Origin: Alphaproteobacteria bacterium
GTDB lineage: Bacteria > Pseudomonadota > Alphaproteobacteria > JAUHZY01
Assembly: GCA_030425825.1 (NCBI GenBank)
Contig: JAUHZY010000001.1
Location: 512,551-576,550, forward strand
Reading direction: 5' to 3'
DNA: 64,000 bases
A program made the position numbers and the translations under genes. This document shows positions 28,041-37,816 of the stretch, in pieces; position 1 is the first letter of the stretch, and each line of letters starts with the position of its first letter. Under the pieces are notes generated by a model. That model ran no database searches and had not been told where the DNA came from. It was given only the letters and a program-made list of their open reading frames with translations.

Positions 28041-31000
28041 ATGAGTAAAAAACAGATTAATTATCTAGAGGTTCTAAGAGATAATGGTTTCTCGCAAGCC
28101 TTTATCGATGCTTTTTCTAAAAACCATGATATCAAAAAAAACGACGACTTTTTTGCGGCAATGAAAGCATCTGTTCTTGAAGACAGTGCTCAAGAAAATG
28201 ATGCTTACTTGCAGCTTTTTAACAGAGCTTTTTCACAAAATGGGCGTGACTTTGAAAAGTTTCTAGGTGTTTCTTATGACGCGGTTGGCGCGCAAGATAA
28301 GGGACGTCTATTCTTGGCACTTTTAAAGCGAGAATCGCGAAAAAAGCATGTGTCGCCAATTATTCGGGATACAATTCATAAATTGGTTTCAGGTTATCAG
28401 CGTCATGTTGAAAGTCCAAGGGTTTCTGCTCATTTGCCAGAGGGCATAGCCCATGACTTGTCGAAGAAAACAGCAGAGGAGCTGCGCGATATTATAAAAA
28501 AAGTAACACAAGACCAGATCGAAAAAATAGATTTCATCGAAAATACTATCATAGCGTTTTCGGGTGATATTGTCTCAGCATATCGTGCTACTGGCCTTTC
28601 AGAAGAAGAACGCCAAGACTTTGGTACACTTATTTATTCTTTCGCGTTTTCTGAATATTCGTATATTGGTGTTGATTTTTCTGAAAACTCGTTCGTGCGT
28701 GAAAAAATCTCAGCAACACTTTTTAAGCAGCTGCCTCTTTTCCTTAAATCTGACAATAAAGTCATGGGAACTTCTCACACACGCTTTTTTATGAACTTTT
28801 TAAAAACAAAATTAAATAACACGAATGGCGATGTAGATATGGGCCTGTATCTAGAGTCTTCTGCAGAAAAAATAGGGGAAGAAGCGGCGGGCCATTTTTT
28901 AGAACAAAGCCGTAAAACAAGCGGTAATTTCTTAAGTTACCTAGACGAAATTGAAAGAGATGAAAGTGCAAAACATGAAGGCTTGCACGAAAGCTTTATT
29001 GCAGCAGTTGTAGAAACAGCGACGAAATCACTAGAATCAAGCGCGTCTTTTGTTAACTCTAGAAAAGCGTTAGGGTTTTTAGAGTTTACCTTGTCGACAA
29101 AGTATATTGATGATGAAGCAAGACTTAAGCTTGTGAATGCGATTTTTAATAACTTGTATCATGTGACAGAAGAAAAACTAAAAAGACAACCACAAGACAA
29201 TAACGGAGATCCACTAGCGCATTTGAACAATCAAAACGTTCGTATGCTAGAGCGTGCTGCTGTTTCATTTTATGGGCGCTACTTTGCAGAAGAGCTCCCT
29301 CTGTTTTTAGAAGCATTTTCGCGTCATAAAAACCCTGATACGAGAAAGCAAAATGGCTGGAAAAAGAAAGACTTTGATGAAAAGGTAGAGCTGCTTACGA
29401 CAACCCTTGAAACAGTTGATATGCTGCGCCATAACGCACGTGATAAAGACACGCGTCTTTATTTAGATTTAGAGCTCTCTTCGAATGATGGGTATTGTGA
29501 TGATGTGATGGCAATTATCGACTTCATAAGGGACAGAAATAAGGGCACAGCAAAACAACAAAAGCCTTGGAGTGCTTTAATGGGTATTAAGCATGAGGTG
29601 AAAACATCTAATATAAAAGATAATGCATTGGCAGGGCGCTTGGAAAGAGCGTTCATCATTTCGCTTGAACGGGCACATGATCACAAAGAATCTGTTGACG
29701 AGGTGATGAAACGGATTGGGCATCTTGCAAAAAAAGACAAAGACGATTTGCAATCTTATCAGAATCTGTGGGGTAAATTAAAAAAAGGTATAATAAACAA
29801 CGACTCGTACGATGATGTGCAGCGAGGGGAAATGACCTCGGTTTTGAAAAATATTGAAAAAATATACGCACGACAAAGTGCTTTTCATTATTCGCGTCGC
29901 TATGAATTGCTTGGTGATGCCATTGGCCTGCGTGTGGGTCATTTTGATAAATCATCAGCGTTTTATTTAGAGGTTTTTAGAAAATATCTACAGGCTGCAG
30001 AAAAAAACAAAAGGTCTTGGCAAGCAAAGACATTGCCTTTGGTTGCAAATGATTTTGTTAATCGTTTGCATTCTGTTTTATCAGAATCACGGACAGTGGC
30101 AGATCCGTTTTATGTAAAAAAACTATCAGGTGCTTTGAAAAAAACGATCAATTCTTTGTACGCGTTCTCAACAATAAATAATAAGAACCTAGATGAATTG
30201 CGTGATTATACCTTAGGAAAAGGATTGAGTGCCAGAAGAAGGCGTATTGAAAATGACTTTAAGATTTTGTTCACGGACAAACCTTCGACATTAGCCTTTG
30301 TGAATCATTTGGGAATAGAGCATGCTTTCAAAGCAGAGGCATCTTCTGAACAAGTACAAGAGGCTTGGGATAAAGTTTTTCAAGAGAAAGACTTTGAAGA
30401 TATGAAATCTTCTGGGGGGTTGTTTGTCAAAATGTATATGGCATCACAAATGGATGTATCACTTAAAAGCACTTTTGAGAGTATTGCTTTAGAAATAAAG
30501 AAATATCTTTTGAAGGGAAAAGAAGATTCGACGAATGATAAGTTTTTCCATATTTTTGAAAAATTCCTTATCGCAGCAATTCACAAAGATTGTTCAGACG
30601 AAGTACAGGATATTCTAGAGTCTTTAAGAGGCAACAAATATAAACATTTAACACCTTTAAAAAACATCGTTGTCAAAGTAGATGATGCGTTGCAAAACAA
30701 GGTAGAGACAAAGCAAAACGGATTAGATGTTTTAGGTAAAGCTTTTGCGCACTCTGACAAAAGCATCGCTGGTGGCTTGAGTATGGGCGGCCTGTATTTT
30801 CTGACAGAGTTATCACCACCGCGTTTTAAAGGAAACAAAGTAAGCGATATAACTCAAGCAGTACAAAGATTTGCTGCGCGCGCTTTTAACGGGGTTCTTC
30901 CAAAACCACTTCGCCTGGATGTTGCTTTTAAAAATCCGGCTGATCAGGTGGTTCACAATAAGGTATCTCTTAACACTGAAAACCCAATCGTTTTACCAGA

Positions 31001-31070
31001 AGAGGGTGCTGTAAGAACAGGGTATATTCAGTCTTTGCAAAAGCCAGCCAAAGAACGTTTTTATCGTTAG
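28041..31070 (+). CDS. large hypothetical protein (1009 aa), candidate effector
   Basis: Long helical ORF with no recognised domain. Confidence 0.5.
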   Translation: MSKKQINYLEVLRDNGFSQAFIDAFSKNHDIKKNDDFFAAMKASVLEDSAQENDAYLQLFNRAFSQNGRDFEKFLGVSYDAVGAQDKGRLFLALLKRESRKKHVSPIIRDTIHKLVSGYQRHVESPRVSAHLPEGIAHDLSKKTAEELRDIIKKVTQDQIEKIDFIENTIIAFSGDIVSAYRATGLSEEERQDFGTLIYSFAFSEYSYIGVDFSENSFVREKISATLFKQLPLFLKSDNKVMGTSHTRFFMNFLKTKLNNTNGDVDMGLYLESSAEKIGEEAAGHFLEQSRKTSGNFLSYLDEIERDESAKHEGLHESFIAAVVETATKSLESSASFVNSRKALGFLEFTLSTKYIDDEARLKLVNAIFNNLYHVTEEKLKRQPQDNNGDPLAHLNNQNVRMLERAAVSFYGRYFAEELPLFLEAFSRHKNPDTRKQNGWKKKDFDEKVELLTTTLETVDMLRHNARDKDTRLYLDLELSSNDGYCDDVMAIIDFIRDRNKGTAKQQKPWSALMGIKHEVKTSNIKDNALAGRLERAFIISLERAHDHKESVDEVMKRIGHLAKKDKDDLQSYQNLWGKLKKGIINNDSYDDVQRGEMTSVLKNIEKIYARQSAFHYSRRYELLGDAIGLRVGHFDKSSAFYLEVFRKYLQAAEKNKRSWQAKTLPLVANDFVNRLHSVLSESRTVADPFYVKKLSGALKKTINSLYAFSTINNKNLDELRDYTLGKGLSARRRRIENDFKILFTDKPSTLAFVNHLGIEHAFKAEASSEQVQEAWDKVFQEKDFEDMKSSGGLFVKMYMASQMDVSLKSTFESIALEIKKYLLKGKEDSTNDKFFHIFEKFLIAAIHKDCSDEVQDILESLRGNKYKHLTPLKNIVVKVDDALQNKVETKQNGLDVLGKAFAHSDKSIAGGLSMGGLYFLTELSPPRFKGNKVSDITQAVQRFAARAFNGVLPKPLRLDVAFKNPADQVVHNKVSLNTENPIVLPEEGAVRTGYIQSLQKPAKERFYR

Positions 31071-31074
31071 CGTG

Positions 31075-33210
31075 TTATTTTTCGCGGTTATACATTTTCA
31101 TTAAAAGCTTATCAATAATGTGATGCTTGCGCTCAATATTCTCATCATGCACCTTGCCTTTTTCAGTTTCACGGTACATGGGTTGTGCAAAAAGGTTCCC
31201 ATGTCTTAGCTTTACACGTTTGCGCGCAACTTCGTTTTGTTTATCTTTCAGGTATTCTTCAAACAAGATCGCAATCTTGCCGCTGACAAAATAAGCCAAA
31301 ATATCCGCAGGGTTGTGAACGCCAAAAACGTTAAGGTGAACATCTTTGGCAAAAGTATCTTCAATCAGTTTTGCAGCAACAAATTCAGGGTTTTCTTGTT
31401 GCGCATCCATCTCTAAAACATCCGAGCTGTGCATAATTTGTTCAATATGAAATTTGTAAATCAGTTTTGATATGATCGCGATCGTGCTAATAAAACTGTT
31501 AAAAGCGGGGTTAGAAATATTTACAAATACAATGTGTTTTTCAGGGTCGGTATAGCCAACTTCTTCGGTGTTTTTTGATTCATAAAACGTTACTCTGAAA
31601 GTTGGAAGCCCTAAAAAGCGAGAATATTTCTTCGCAAATTTATTAAGAATCTTTTGTTTTTTTGACAGCGGCCAGCGAGCTTCATTCGAGAAATTCTGCC
31701 AAGCATCCATCAGTAAGCTTGTTGAAATACCATCCTTCAAAAGGTTTAGGTTTTTAAGGCGCTGTACAAACTCTTTTGACTGGGCTTCTTGCTTTTCTAA
31801 AAATTCTTCAGGTAAATGCAAATGCTCGACAAGTAATGTGATATACATCCCATCATCAGGGTCTAGTTCACGCAAAATTGACCGCATAAGATTTGTGATG
31901 ATATGAGGTTCTAGGCGGTCAATTAACTCTGGTGATTCTTGTAAGAATTTACGTGCAATGTCTTCTGGAACACGGCCCTCCATCATCAAGATAACTTGAT
32001 AAAGGTCATAAGGTTGTGCCTGGATCAAAAAGCGGTCAACAATACGGTTGTCATAAATATTTTTTGAAAAATAATGTTCAAAAATATAGGCCATTAGAAA
32101 GTCTTGCCCAACATCCTTGCTAGACAAAGCTTTGGTCAATGTTTGAGGGTCTGTTTTATGGGCGAGGATGTCAAATAACTCAAAGTCTTCAAGGTGCCAA
32201 CGATGCGCGCGTAAGTCTTTATTTTGACGGACTTCATCAAATGCATCTTTTATTTTGTCATCAAGTCCAAGAACATAAATCCAAGATTTGCCATATGTTT
32301 TGTAAAGCTCTTCGAAGTAGCTGCCTGGTTTCTTCGAAAGGTCAAGAAGTTCTTCATTTGTCAGATTAAGACGAGAATCATGGTTGTCTCCTTGGAAAGA
32401 AAACGCATGGTTTAAATACCCAATCTTTTTCTTGCGTAACTCAAGGCGTATTTTCTTAGGCAGGTTAAGATAAAATGCCCAAAATGCAGGCTCTGTTTTT
32501 GTAAAATACGGCTCTGCATCATCCAAGAAATAGACTGTCTTTAAATCCTTTTCGTCCAATTGATCGCGGACTTCAGCAGGTAAAGAGCAATAATCCAACA
32601 TCATATCCTTGTTGACTTCTTTATGTTCGCTGTAAAATCGGCTTTTTGTCAGCTTATCAAAATCATTATGTGTTAATTTTTTGATCAATTTTAAGGGTGT
32701 TTTTTGAAATGCCTTCAGGCCATCAATACCAAAGCGTTCACGGCTACTGGCAGGAACTTGCAGGACTTTTTCACACCATTGGGGCCTGACGAATAAAACA
32801 TCACTCGCATATAAAAACTTAATGCATTTTGGTGAAAGATTGACAGATTTTTTGCGCAAATTGCCATAATGCTGCCATTTCAGCCAGCCATATTGAATGC
32901 GTCTTTTATGCCTTTTTTCATGGTTTTCACTTTTTGTATCAATACCTTGCGCATCTTCCAGATGTTTATACGCGACAGGCGAGGTCAACATCATATTGCG
33001 CAGGCCAACAATTTCATCAACTTTTTTAAGATCTTCATCGGTTATCACGGATGCAACTTGCTTGGGGAAGCCAGGTGGCAACGTTTTCATTGTAAAGCTA
33101 GAGCGCTGTATTGTGGGCGCTTCTGTTAACTTTGTTTCTTCACGCTTGCGCCGTGCAGTATCCAGCCGCTTTGAGATGGAAGAAGTTGATGATAGTGACT
33201 TTTTTTGCAT
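31075..33210 (-). CDS. large hypothetical protein (711 aa), candidate effector
   Basis: Long ORF converging on the 28041 gene. Confidence 0.5.
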   Translation of the reverse strand: MQKKSLSSTSSISKRLDTARRKREETKLTEAPTIQRSSFTMKTLPPGFPKQVASVITDEDLKKVDEIVGLRNMMLTSPVAYKHLEDAQGIDTKSENHEKRHKRRIQYGWLKWQHYGNLRKKSVNLSPKCIKFLYASDVLFVRPQWCEKVLQVPASSRERFGIDGLKAFQKTPLKLIKKLTHNDFDKLTKSRFYSEHKEVNKDMMLDYCSLPAEVRDQLDEKDLKTVYFLDDAEPYFTKTEPAFWAFYLNLPKKIRLELRKKKIGYLNHAFSFQGDNHDSRLNLTNEELLDLSKKPGSYFEELYKTYGKSWIYVLGLDDKIKDAFDEVRQNKDLRAHRWHLEDFELFDILAHKTDPQTLTKALSSKDVGQDFLMAYIFEHYFSKNIYDNRIVDRFLIQAQPYDLYQVILMMEGRVPEDIARKFLQESPELIDRLEPHIITNLMRSILRELDPDDGMYITLLVEHLHLPEEFLEKQEAQSKEFVQRLKNLNLLKDGISTSLLMDAWQNFSNEARWPLSKKQKILNKFAKKYSRFLGLPTFRVTFYESKNTEEVGYTDPEKHIVFVNISNPAFNSFISTIAIISKLIYKFHIEQIMHSSDVLEMDAQQENPEFVAAKLIEDTFAKDVHLNVFGVHNPADILAYFVSGKIAILFEEYLKDKQNEVARKRVKLRHGNLFAQPMYRETEKGKVHDENIERKHHIIDKLLMKMYNREK

Positions 33211-33318
33211 GAGGGCACTCTAACACTTTGTCTTTCAGAAGGCCAGAGGCAGGTTGCCGATAGAAATGTTGCTTTATGGATAATGTTAGGTTAAAAGGGT
33301 TTTGAAAAGGAAAATAAA

Positions 33319-33843
33319 ATGATAAAAACACAAGAAACAAATGCTTTATTGGGGATGATTTCTCCAGAGTTGCAAGAGACTCATACATCTTACCTGAAGA
33401 GCAAGAAAAAATCGCGTGCTGCAAAAATTATTTTAGGTGTCGTGGCCGTTCCTTTGATTGCTGTAGGCGCTGTTTGTGCTCTTGTAACGACAAACACACA
33501 TGATACACAAGAAGGCTTGATATCCTTTGGTGGTGCGGTCCTTAGTCTTTTAGGTCTTGGTACGGCGATTAGTTTGATTGATAAAAAGGCATTTAAATTT
33601 GATAGCGAGGTGAAAGAATCTCACCAGTCATTAAAGCGAGGGCTGGCAGAATGTTTTCAAGGTCACCAGCAAGACCTGCAAACAGCACTAGAAAATAAGC
33701 ATGGCAGTTATAACAATCAATTAATATTAACAGGTATGAAGCAACAAATTGATGCAGGAGAAGGAATTGAGCCTTCTCAGAAAAATGTTGGTGCGCTTGT
33801 TTTCTATACAAATCATGGCAAAAACAGGTCAATAACAGCCTAG
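33319..33843 (+). CDS. hypothetical membrane protein with 2 TM helices (174 aa)
   Basis: ILGVVAVPLIAVGAVCALVTT and GGAVLSLLGLGTAISLI. Confidence 0.45.
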   Translation: MIKTQETNALLGMISPELQETHTSYLKSKKKSRAAKIILGVVAVPLIAVGAVCALVTTNTHDTQEGLISFGGAVLSLLGLGTAISLIDKKAFKFDSEVKESHQSLKRGLAECFQGHQQDLQTALENKHGSYNNQLILTGMKQQIDAGEGIEPSQKNVGALVFYTNHGKNRSITA

Positions 33844-33968
33844 GTTTTTCAACAAAACAGACCTCTTATTTTGAAACCTCTTTTTGTAATAAAACACTTG
33901 CTTATTTTTAAGGCATAAAGTATCCTCTTCGGAACAATAAAAGGCATAATGTAAAAAACGAGGTAGGA

Positions 33969-35495
33969 ATGAAAAAAGATCTGGATCAAGAAAAGCAAGA
34001 AATTACCAGTATCATATCTGACTTTATGATGGAACAAGGTGTTTTGTTTGATAAGTATATCGTCAATGTTTTGACGGTTCAGCCAACAGCATCTGCATTC
34101 AGGAAAGATATAAGCTTTGAGATCGCTTTTAAAGAGCCTCAATATAATGTTGGTGAAATTGACCTTAATGAATACAAAAATCTTAGCGCAGCTTTGATCG
34201 CAACATCATCCACGCAAAAAGTAACGACTGAAAAAACCAATGTTGAAGGCAAAAAGGGTTTTAAAGTTAATGTTCAGGGCTTTAGCAAAGATGTTTTAAA
34301 GCAAGAAATGGAGCACAAAGCCCTATCAAGCTTTTTAAAAAGAATAAAATGGGAAAAAAATTCAAACCCTGGGGTTTATAAGCTTTCTTTTGAAAATGGA
34401 AAGCCAAACCATCTTAATTTAAATTTTGAGCCAGATTATAATAGAAGCTTTATTCCTGGACGCATTAAAAAAACACGACAAGCATTTCTTAGGCTTTTAA
34501 AGGGTAAAAAATCAGTCGCGAAAAGTGTTGCAAAAGTGAACGTTGAAAAGCAACAGAAAGCAGAACAATACCTGCCATTACATCCTGCTAATCTAAAGGT
34601 TGGCTCAGAAGAGTATATGAATCAGCTCAATATTTTACAGGAACTTTTGTTTTTCTTAAACAAGAAGAGTACTTCTAAAAAAACAGATTATAGCTCTTTG
34701 ATACAGGATAATATTAATGCGCAGCGAAGCTTCATAAAAGACTTTATTCGCATTACAAAAGAAGAGGGGCAAGATCAAGGGCCTCAGCGCCAAGCTTTGT
34801 TGAGAGAGGTTTTTCCTCTTAGTGCCAATAAAGACAAGCAGCTCTCTCCTTTAATGATGAAGGTTGTTAAATCATCGTTTGGAAGTAAAGAAGCGTTTAC
34901 TGAGACGTTTTTATCTACGCCATTTAAAGCATTAAAGGCGGATAAAATACTTGATATGACAAAAAGCATCGCAGCAAGAGAAGCTGCTTTAGCATTGATC
35001 AAAACAGATAAATATACCCCCCTTATTGAATCCATAGAAAACTCTGAACAAGTTCGTCGCGCAGCAAAAGAAATGCGGGATGCTGTAAAGAAAAAAGAAG
35101 AGACTTTAACTGCATCTAACACCCCATTTATCCAGAAAAGTTACCAGTCAGTTCGTGACGTTGCAGAGGGTAAGCATCATACATTTACACGCTTACAAGA
35201 GTTATCAAAAGAATACAATTCTGTGTTGAACCGTATGGCTCGTTCGATTGGCAAGGCTGCGTCGTTAAATCGTGCGATGCGACAAATTGATCAATTGCTT
35301 GCACCTGAAAAATCCTTTCCTTTGAAGTTGGCTATTTTAAAATTTGCTAATGAAAGAGGCCTTTTGGAGAAAGAAAAAGGTGCAGAACGTTATTTGCAAA
35401 AATTGACAGGCCCAATGCCTGCTAAAAATCCAGAGGAAGCTCTGGATGCTGCTGCTCAAAAACTACCCATTTTTGCGTTTACCCACACAAAGTAG
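33969..35495 (+). CDS. hypothetical lysine-rich protein (508 aa)
   Basis: ORF followed by an intrinsic terminator. Confidence 0.5.
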   Translation: MKKDLDQEKQEITSIISDFMMEQGVLFDKYIVNVLTVQPTASAFRKDISFEIAFKEPQYNVGEIDLNEYKNLSAALIATSSTQKVTTEKTNVEGKKGFKVNVQGFSKDVLKQEMEHKALSSFLKRIKWEKNSNPGVYKLSFENGKPNHLNLNFEPDYNRSFIPGRIKKTRQAFLRLLKGKKSVAKSVAKVNVEKQQKAEQYLPLHPANLKVGSEEYMNQLNILQELLFFLNKKSTSKKTDYSSLIQDNINAQRSFIKDFIRITKEEGQDQGPQRQALLREVFPLSANKDKQLSPLMMKVVKSSFGSKEAFTETFLSTPFKALKADKILDMTKSIAAREAALALIKTDKYTPLIESIENSEQVRRAAKEMRDAVKKKEETLTASNTPFIQKSYQSVRDVAEGKHHTFTRLQELSKEYNSVLNRMARSIGKAASLNRAMRQIDQLLAPEKSFPLKLAILKFANERGLLEKEKGAERYLQKLTGPMPAKNPEEALDAAAQKLPIFAFTHTK

Positions 35496-35568
35496 GGGAA
35501 GGTTTAAGCGTCTTCTACTTGCCATAAGCGTACGCTTGGATGCATACTCTTAAACATAATCGGAAAAG

Positions 35569-35602
35569 ACCCGCTTTAGAGAAATCTGGAGCGGGTTTTT
35601 TT
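35569..35602 (+). terminator. rho-independent terminator
   Basis: ACCCGCT-(14 nt loop)-AGCGGGT forms a perfect 7-bp stem, followed by TTTTTTT. Confidence 0.65.
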
Positions 35603-35636
35603 ATGTCTTTTTCCCATTCCATATCAGGAGGTTACA

Positions 35637-36185
35637 ATGGATCCTATCACGCAAATTATCACAGATGCTTATGAAAACGTAAAAGACTTTACAACATCTT
35701 TCCGTCGCGATTTTCATCCCACAAAAAATGATAATACAAGATTTCGTAAACATGATTGGAAGCCTGAAAAGCGTGGACAAGCACTGTTGGATAAGCATGA
35801 GCGTCAAGACTTGATACAGGCGCTTGCGGAAGGTGCCAAAGAAGAAGAGATGGCAGAGCTGTATGGGTTAACTGTGCGTCAAGTAAAGAAAATGAAAAAC
35901 AATTACCGTGATGATTACAAGCGTTATAAGAAGCTGTTTGAAAAAGAGATGATCGAAGTTGAAAAACAGTCGACATGCGACCCTATTATGCTTGCCTTGC
36001 GCGCTTTAAAAGGGCGTGCATTAATGCACCCAAATGGCGCTGTTTTTCTAGATGGTAAACCGTCATGCGTTAAAGAAATGATGGCCTCAGCAAATATGGC
36101 GCTGAAGAAAGATGGCAAAGATCCCATTCCATACCCTGGTGTTCACGACCTACCAGATCACGGCGCGCCTGGGTTTAATGTATAA
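35637..36185 (+). CDS. hypothetical protein with a possible HTH (182 aa); alternative small-terminase candidate
   Basis: ELYGLTVRQVKKM HTH-like segment. Position upstream of terL. Confidence 0.4.
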   Translation: MDPITQIITDAYENVKDFTTSFRRDFHPTKNDNTRFRKHDWKPEKRGQALLDKHERQDLIQALAEGAKEEEMAELYGLTVRQVKKMKNNYRDDYKRYKKLFEKEMIEVEKQSTCDPIMLALRALKGRALMHPNGAVFLDGKPSCVKEMMASANMALKKDGKDPIPYPGVHDLPDHGAPGFNV

Positions 36186-36234
36186 GGCATAAACCAAGTA
36201 AAACAAATCATCTGCAACAGCACACATATTCAGC

Positions 36235-36432
36235 ACGCGACTGCGCGACGTTGCTGGTGCAACGAAAGCCTGCGTGGGTGAGCGCTAAATATAAATAAAG
36301 AGCGCGACTGCGCGACGTTGCTGGTGCAACGAAAGCCTGCGTGGCGAACGCTAAATATAAATAAAGAGCGCGACTGCGCGACGTTGCTGGTGCAACGAAA
36401 GCCTGCGTGGCGAACGCTAAATATAAATAAAG
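36235..36432. repeat. three tandem 66-bp direct repeats (iteron-like) immediately upstream of the terS-like gene
   Basis: agcgcgactgcgcgacgttgctggtgcaacgaaagcctgcgtggcgaacgctaaatataaataaag repeated three times. Each unit contains the inverted repeat cgttgc-TGGTG-gcaacg and a TATAAAT-like box. Confidence 0.85.
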
Positions 36433-36454
36433 AGCAAGGGAGGTACTTACACTT

Positions 36455-36691
36455 ATGAAAAACAATAATGATAAAAATGAAGTGCAGTCCCTTGCTCGCC
36501 ATTTTACAGAAGATGCGCTGAAAACGCTTGTTGGTATTATGAATGACCCCGAAGCCTCTGTGTCTTCGCGCGTTTCTGCTGCACAAACAATTCTAGATCG
36601 TGGTTGGGGAAAGCTGGGCAGTGGGGCAGCTAAAGATGAGCGTACAGCAGATGTTGTTGCCGAGTTTCTAAGCTGTTTACAAAAAGGGTGA
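36455..36691 (+). CDS. putative phage terminase small subunit-like DNA-binding protein (78 aa)
   Basis: AAGGGAGG RBS. Motif RVSAAQTILDRGWGK resembles the conserved LDRGWGKP segment of many small terminases. Positioned upstream of terL. Confidence 0.4.
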   Translation: MKNNNDKNEVQSLARHFTEDALKTLVGIMNDPEASVSSRVSAAQTILDRGWGKLGSGAAKDERTADVVAEFLSCLQKG

Positions 36692-37337
36692 TACTTTCTG
36701 CAACACTCTCTTTTTTTATCGCCAAACAAAAGATCAGCTTGTTAGCATGAAAAGGTGTTTTCAGTAATAATGTTAGTCGCATTCTTAAAATCGAGGATGG
36801 AGAAGATGCTGAAAAACAAATCACTGCGTTCACTGTTTGCCCTTAACAGATCCGTTTATCAGGGCGATGTCATGAGACTGGGAAAAAACTTTACAGGGCG
36901 TAATGCGCCACCTGTAAGACCATATCGTCTGATGGCTTTTTCTGCGCAAACAACACCTGTATCAATTGTGAAGTAATTTTCCTGAACGCCTTATGGCAGT
37001 GATGTACAAAAAAGGTGGGACCCCAAACAATTTCCCTAAAGGAAGAAGGAGGAGGGAGCAGGGAAGACCATCTGAAGCCCCTTTCTGTAGGCTTAACGCG
37101 ACTCATTCATGAGGGTTTATTATTTTCATCGCTATTCAACCAACAAAGTTGTTTTTTGTACTTTTTATTTTTCCGTGGAAGTAAGAGTAAAGCCTCCCTT
37201 TCTTACCTCCCTTTTCTTTTTTTAGTGAATCGGATTATATCATAGATAAATCGGAAAAGGAAACACTTTTTTCTCTTTTTTTTATAAATTCACATTGTTT
37301 TCATATAAAACAATAAGATAATTGGAAACTTTATAGG

Positions 37338-37775
37338 TAACGTTCAAACGCCACGCAGGCTTTGCGTTGCACTGGCAACGTCGCGCGGTCGCGCTCTGGC
37401 TATGCGCGCAGTTGCAGGCAGTGGGGGTGTGTAAGTGTTACGGGGAGGTGTTTCTTTTTTCATTCCCTCTCCCCTGGCGGGAGAGGGTGAGGGGGAAGTA
37501 TGCTGTGAGGAAGAGAGATGTGTCATAAAGATTATCTCACCCTCATCCCAACCTTCTCCCATCAAGGGAGAAGGAGATTATAGGGGAGAGAGGATGTTGA
37601 TTATAAAGCACAGCAGCCACACCGCCAGATGCAGCGCGCATAGCCAGAGCGCGACCGCGCGACGTTGCCAGTGCAACGCAAGCCTGCGTGGCGTTTGAAC
37701 GTTATACATAACTCCAGAGCGCGACCGCGCGACGTTGCAGGTGCAACGTAAAGCCTATGTGGCGTCTGAACGTTA
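37338..37775. repeat. palindromic element: 72-bp terminal inverted repeats (37338-37409 and 37634-37704) flanking a hairpin-rich 220-bp core, plus one additional direct copy of the same about 55-bp repeat unit (37716-37775)
   Basis: taacgttcaaacgccacgcaggctttgcgttgcactggcaacgtcgcgcggtcgcgctctggctatgcgcgc is the near-perfect reverse complement of 37634-37704. The unit is related to the 66-bp iterons at 36235-36432. The core contains CCCTCTCCCctggcGGGAGAGGG and CCTTCTCCCatcaaGGGAGAAGG hairpins. Confidence 0.8.
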
Positions 37776-37816
37776 TCTATAATTACGCGCAGCGTATAGC
37801 GTGCGTTATAAATTAC

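Noticed and set aside
36208-36729. Minus-strand ORFs (173 and 118 aa) running through the 66-bp iterons and the terS-like gene
   Set aside because: Their translations are repeat-driven (three near-identical ~22-aa blocks in each, ALYLYLAFATQAFVAPATSRSR / SNVAQSRSLFIFSVRHAGFRCT). The plus-strand terS-like gene has a proper RBS.
36972-37337. About 370-bp non-coding stretch checked for tRNA, tmRNA or sRNA
   Set aside because: No cloverleaf-compatible acceptor/T-arm pattern (no GGTTCGAATCC-like T-loop or CCA-adjacent stem) was seen. An sRNA cannot be excluded but is not supported.
37344-37698. ORFs 37344-37565 (-) and 37435-37698 (+) inside the palindromic element
   Set aside because: They lie within a hairpin-rich inverted-repeat structure. 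The translations (GEG, PSP runs) reflect GA/CT-rich repeats, not proteins.
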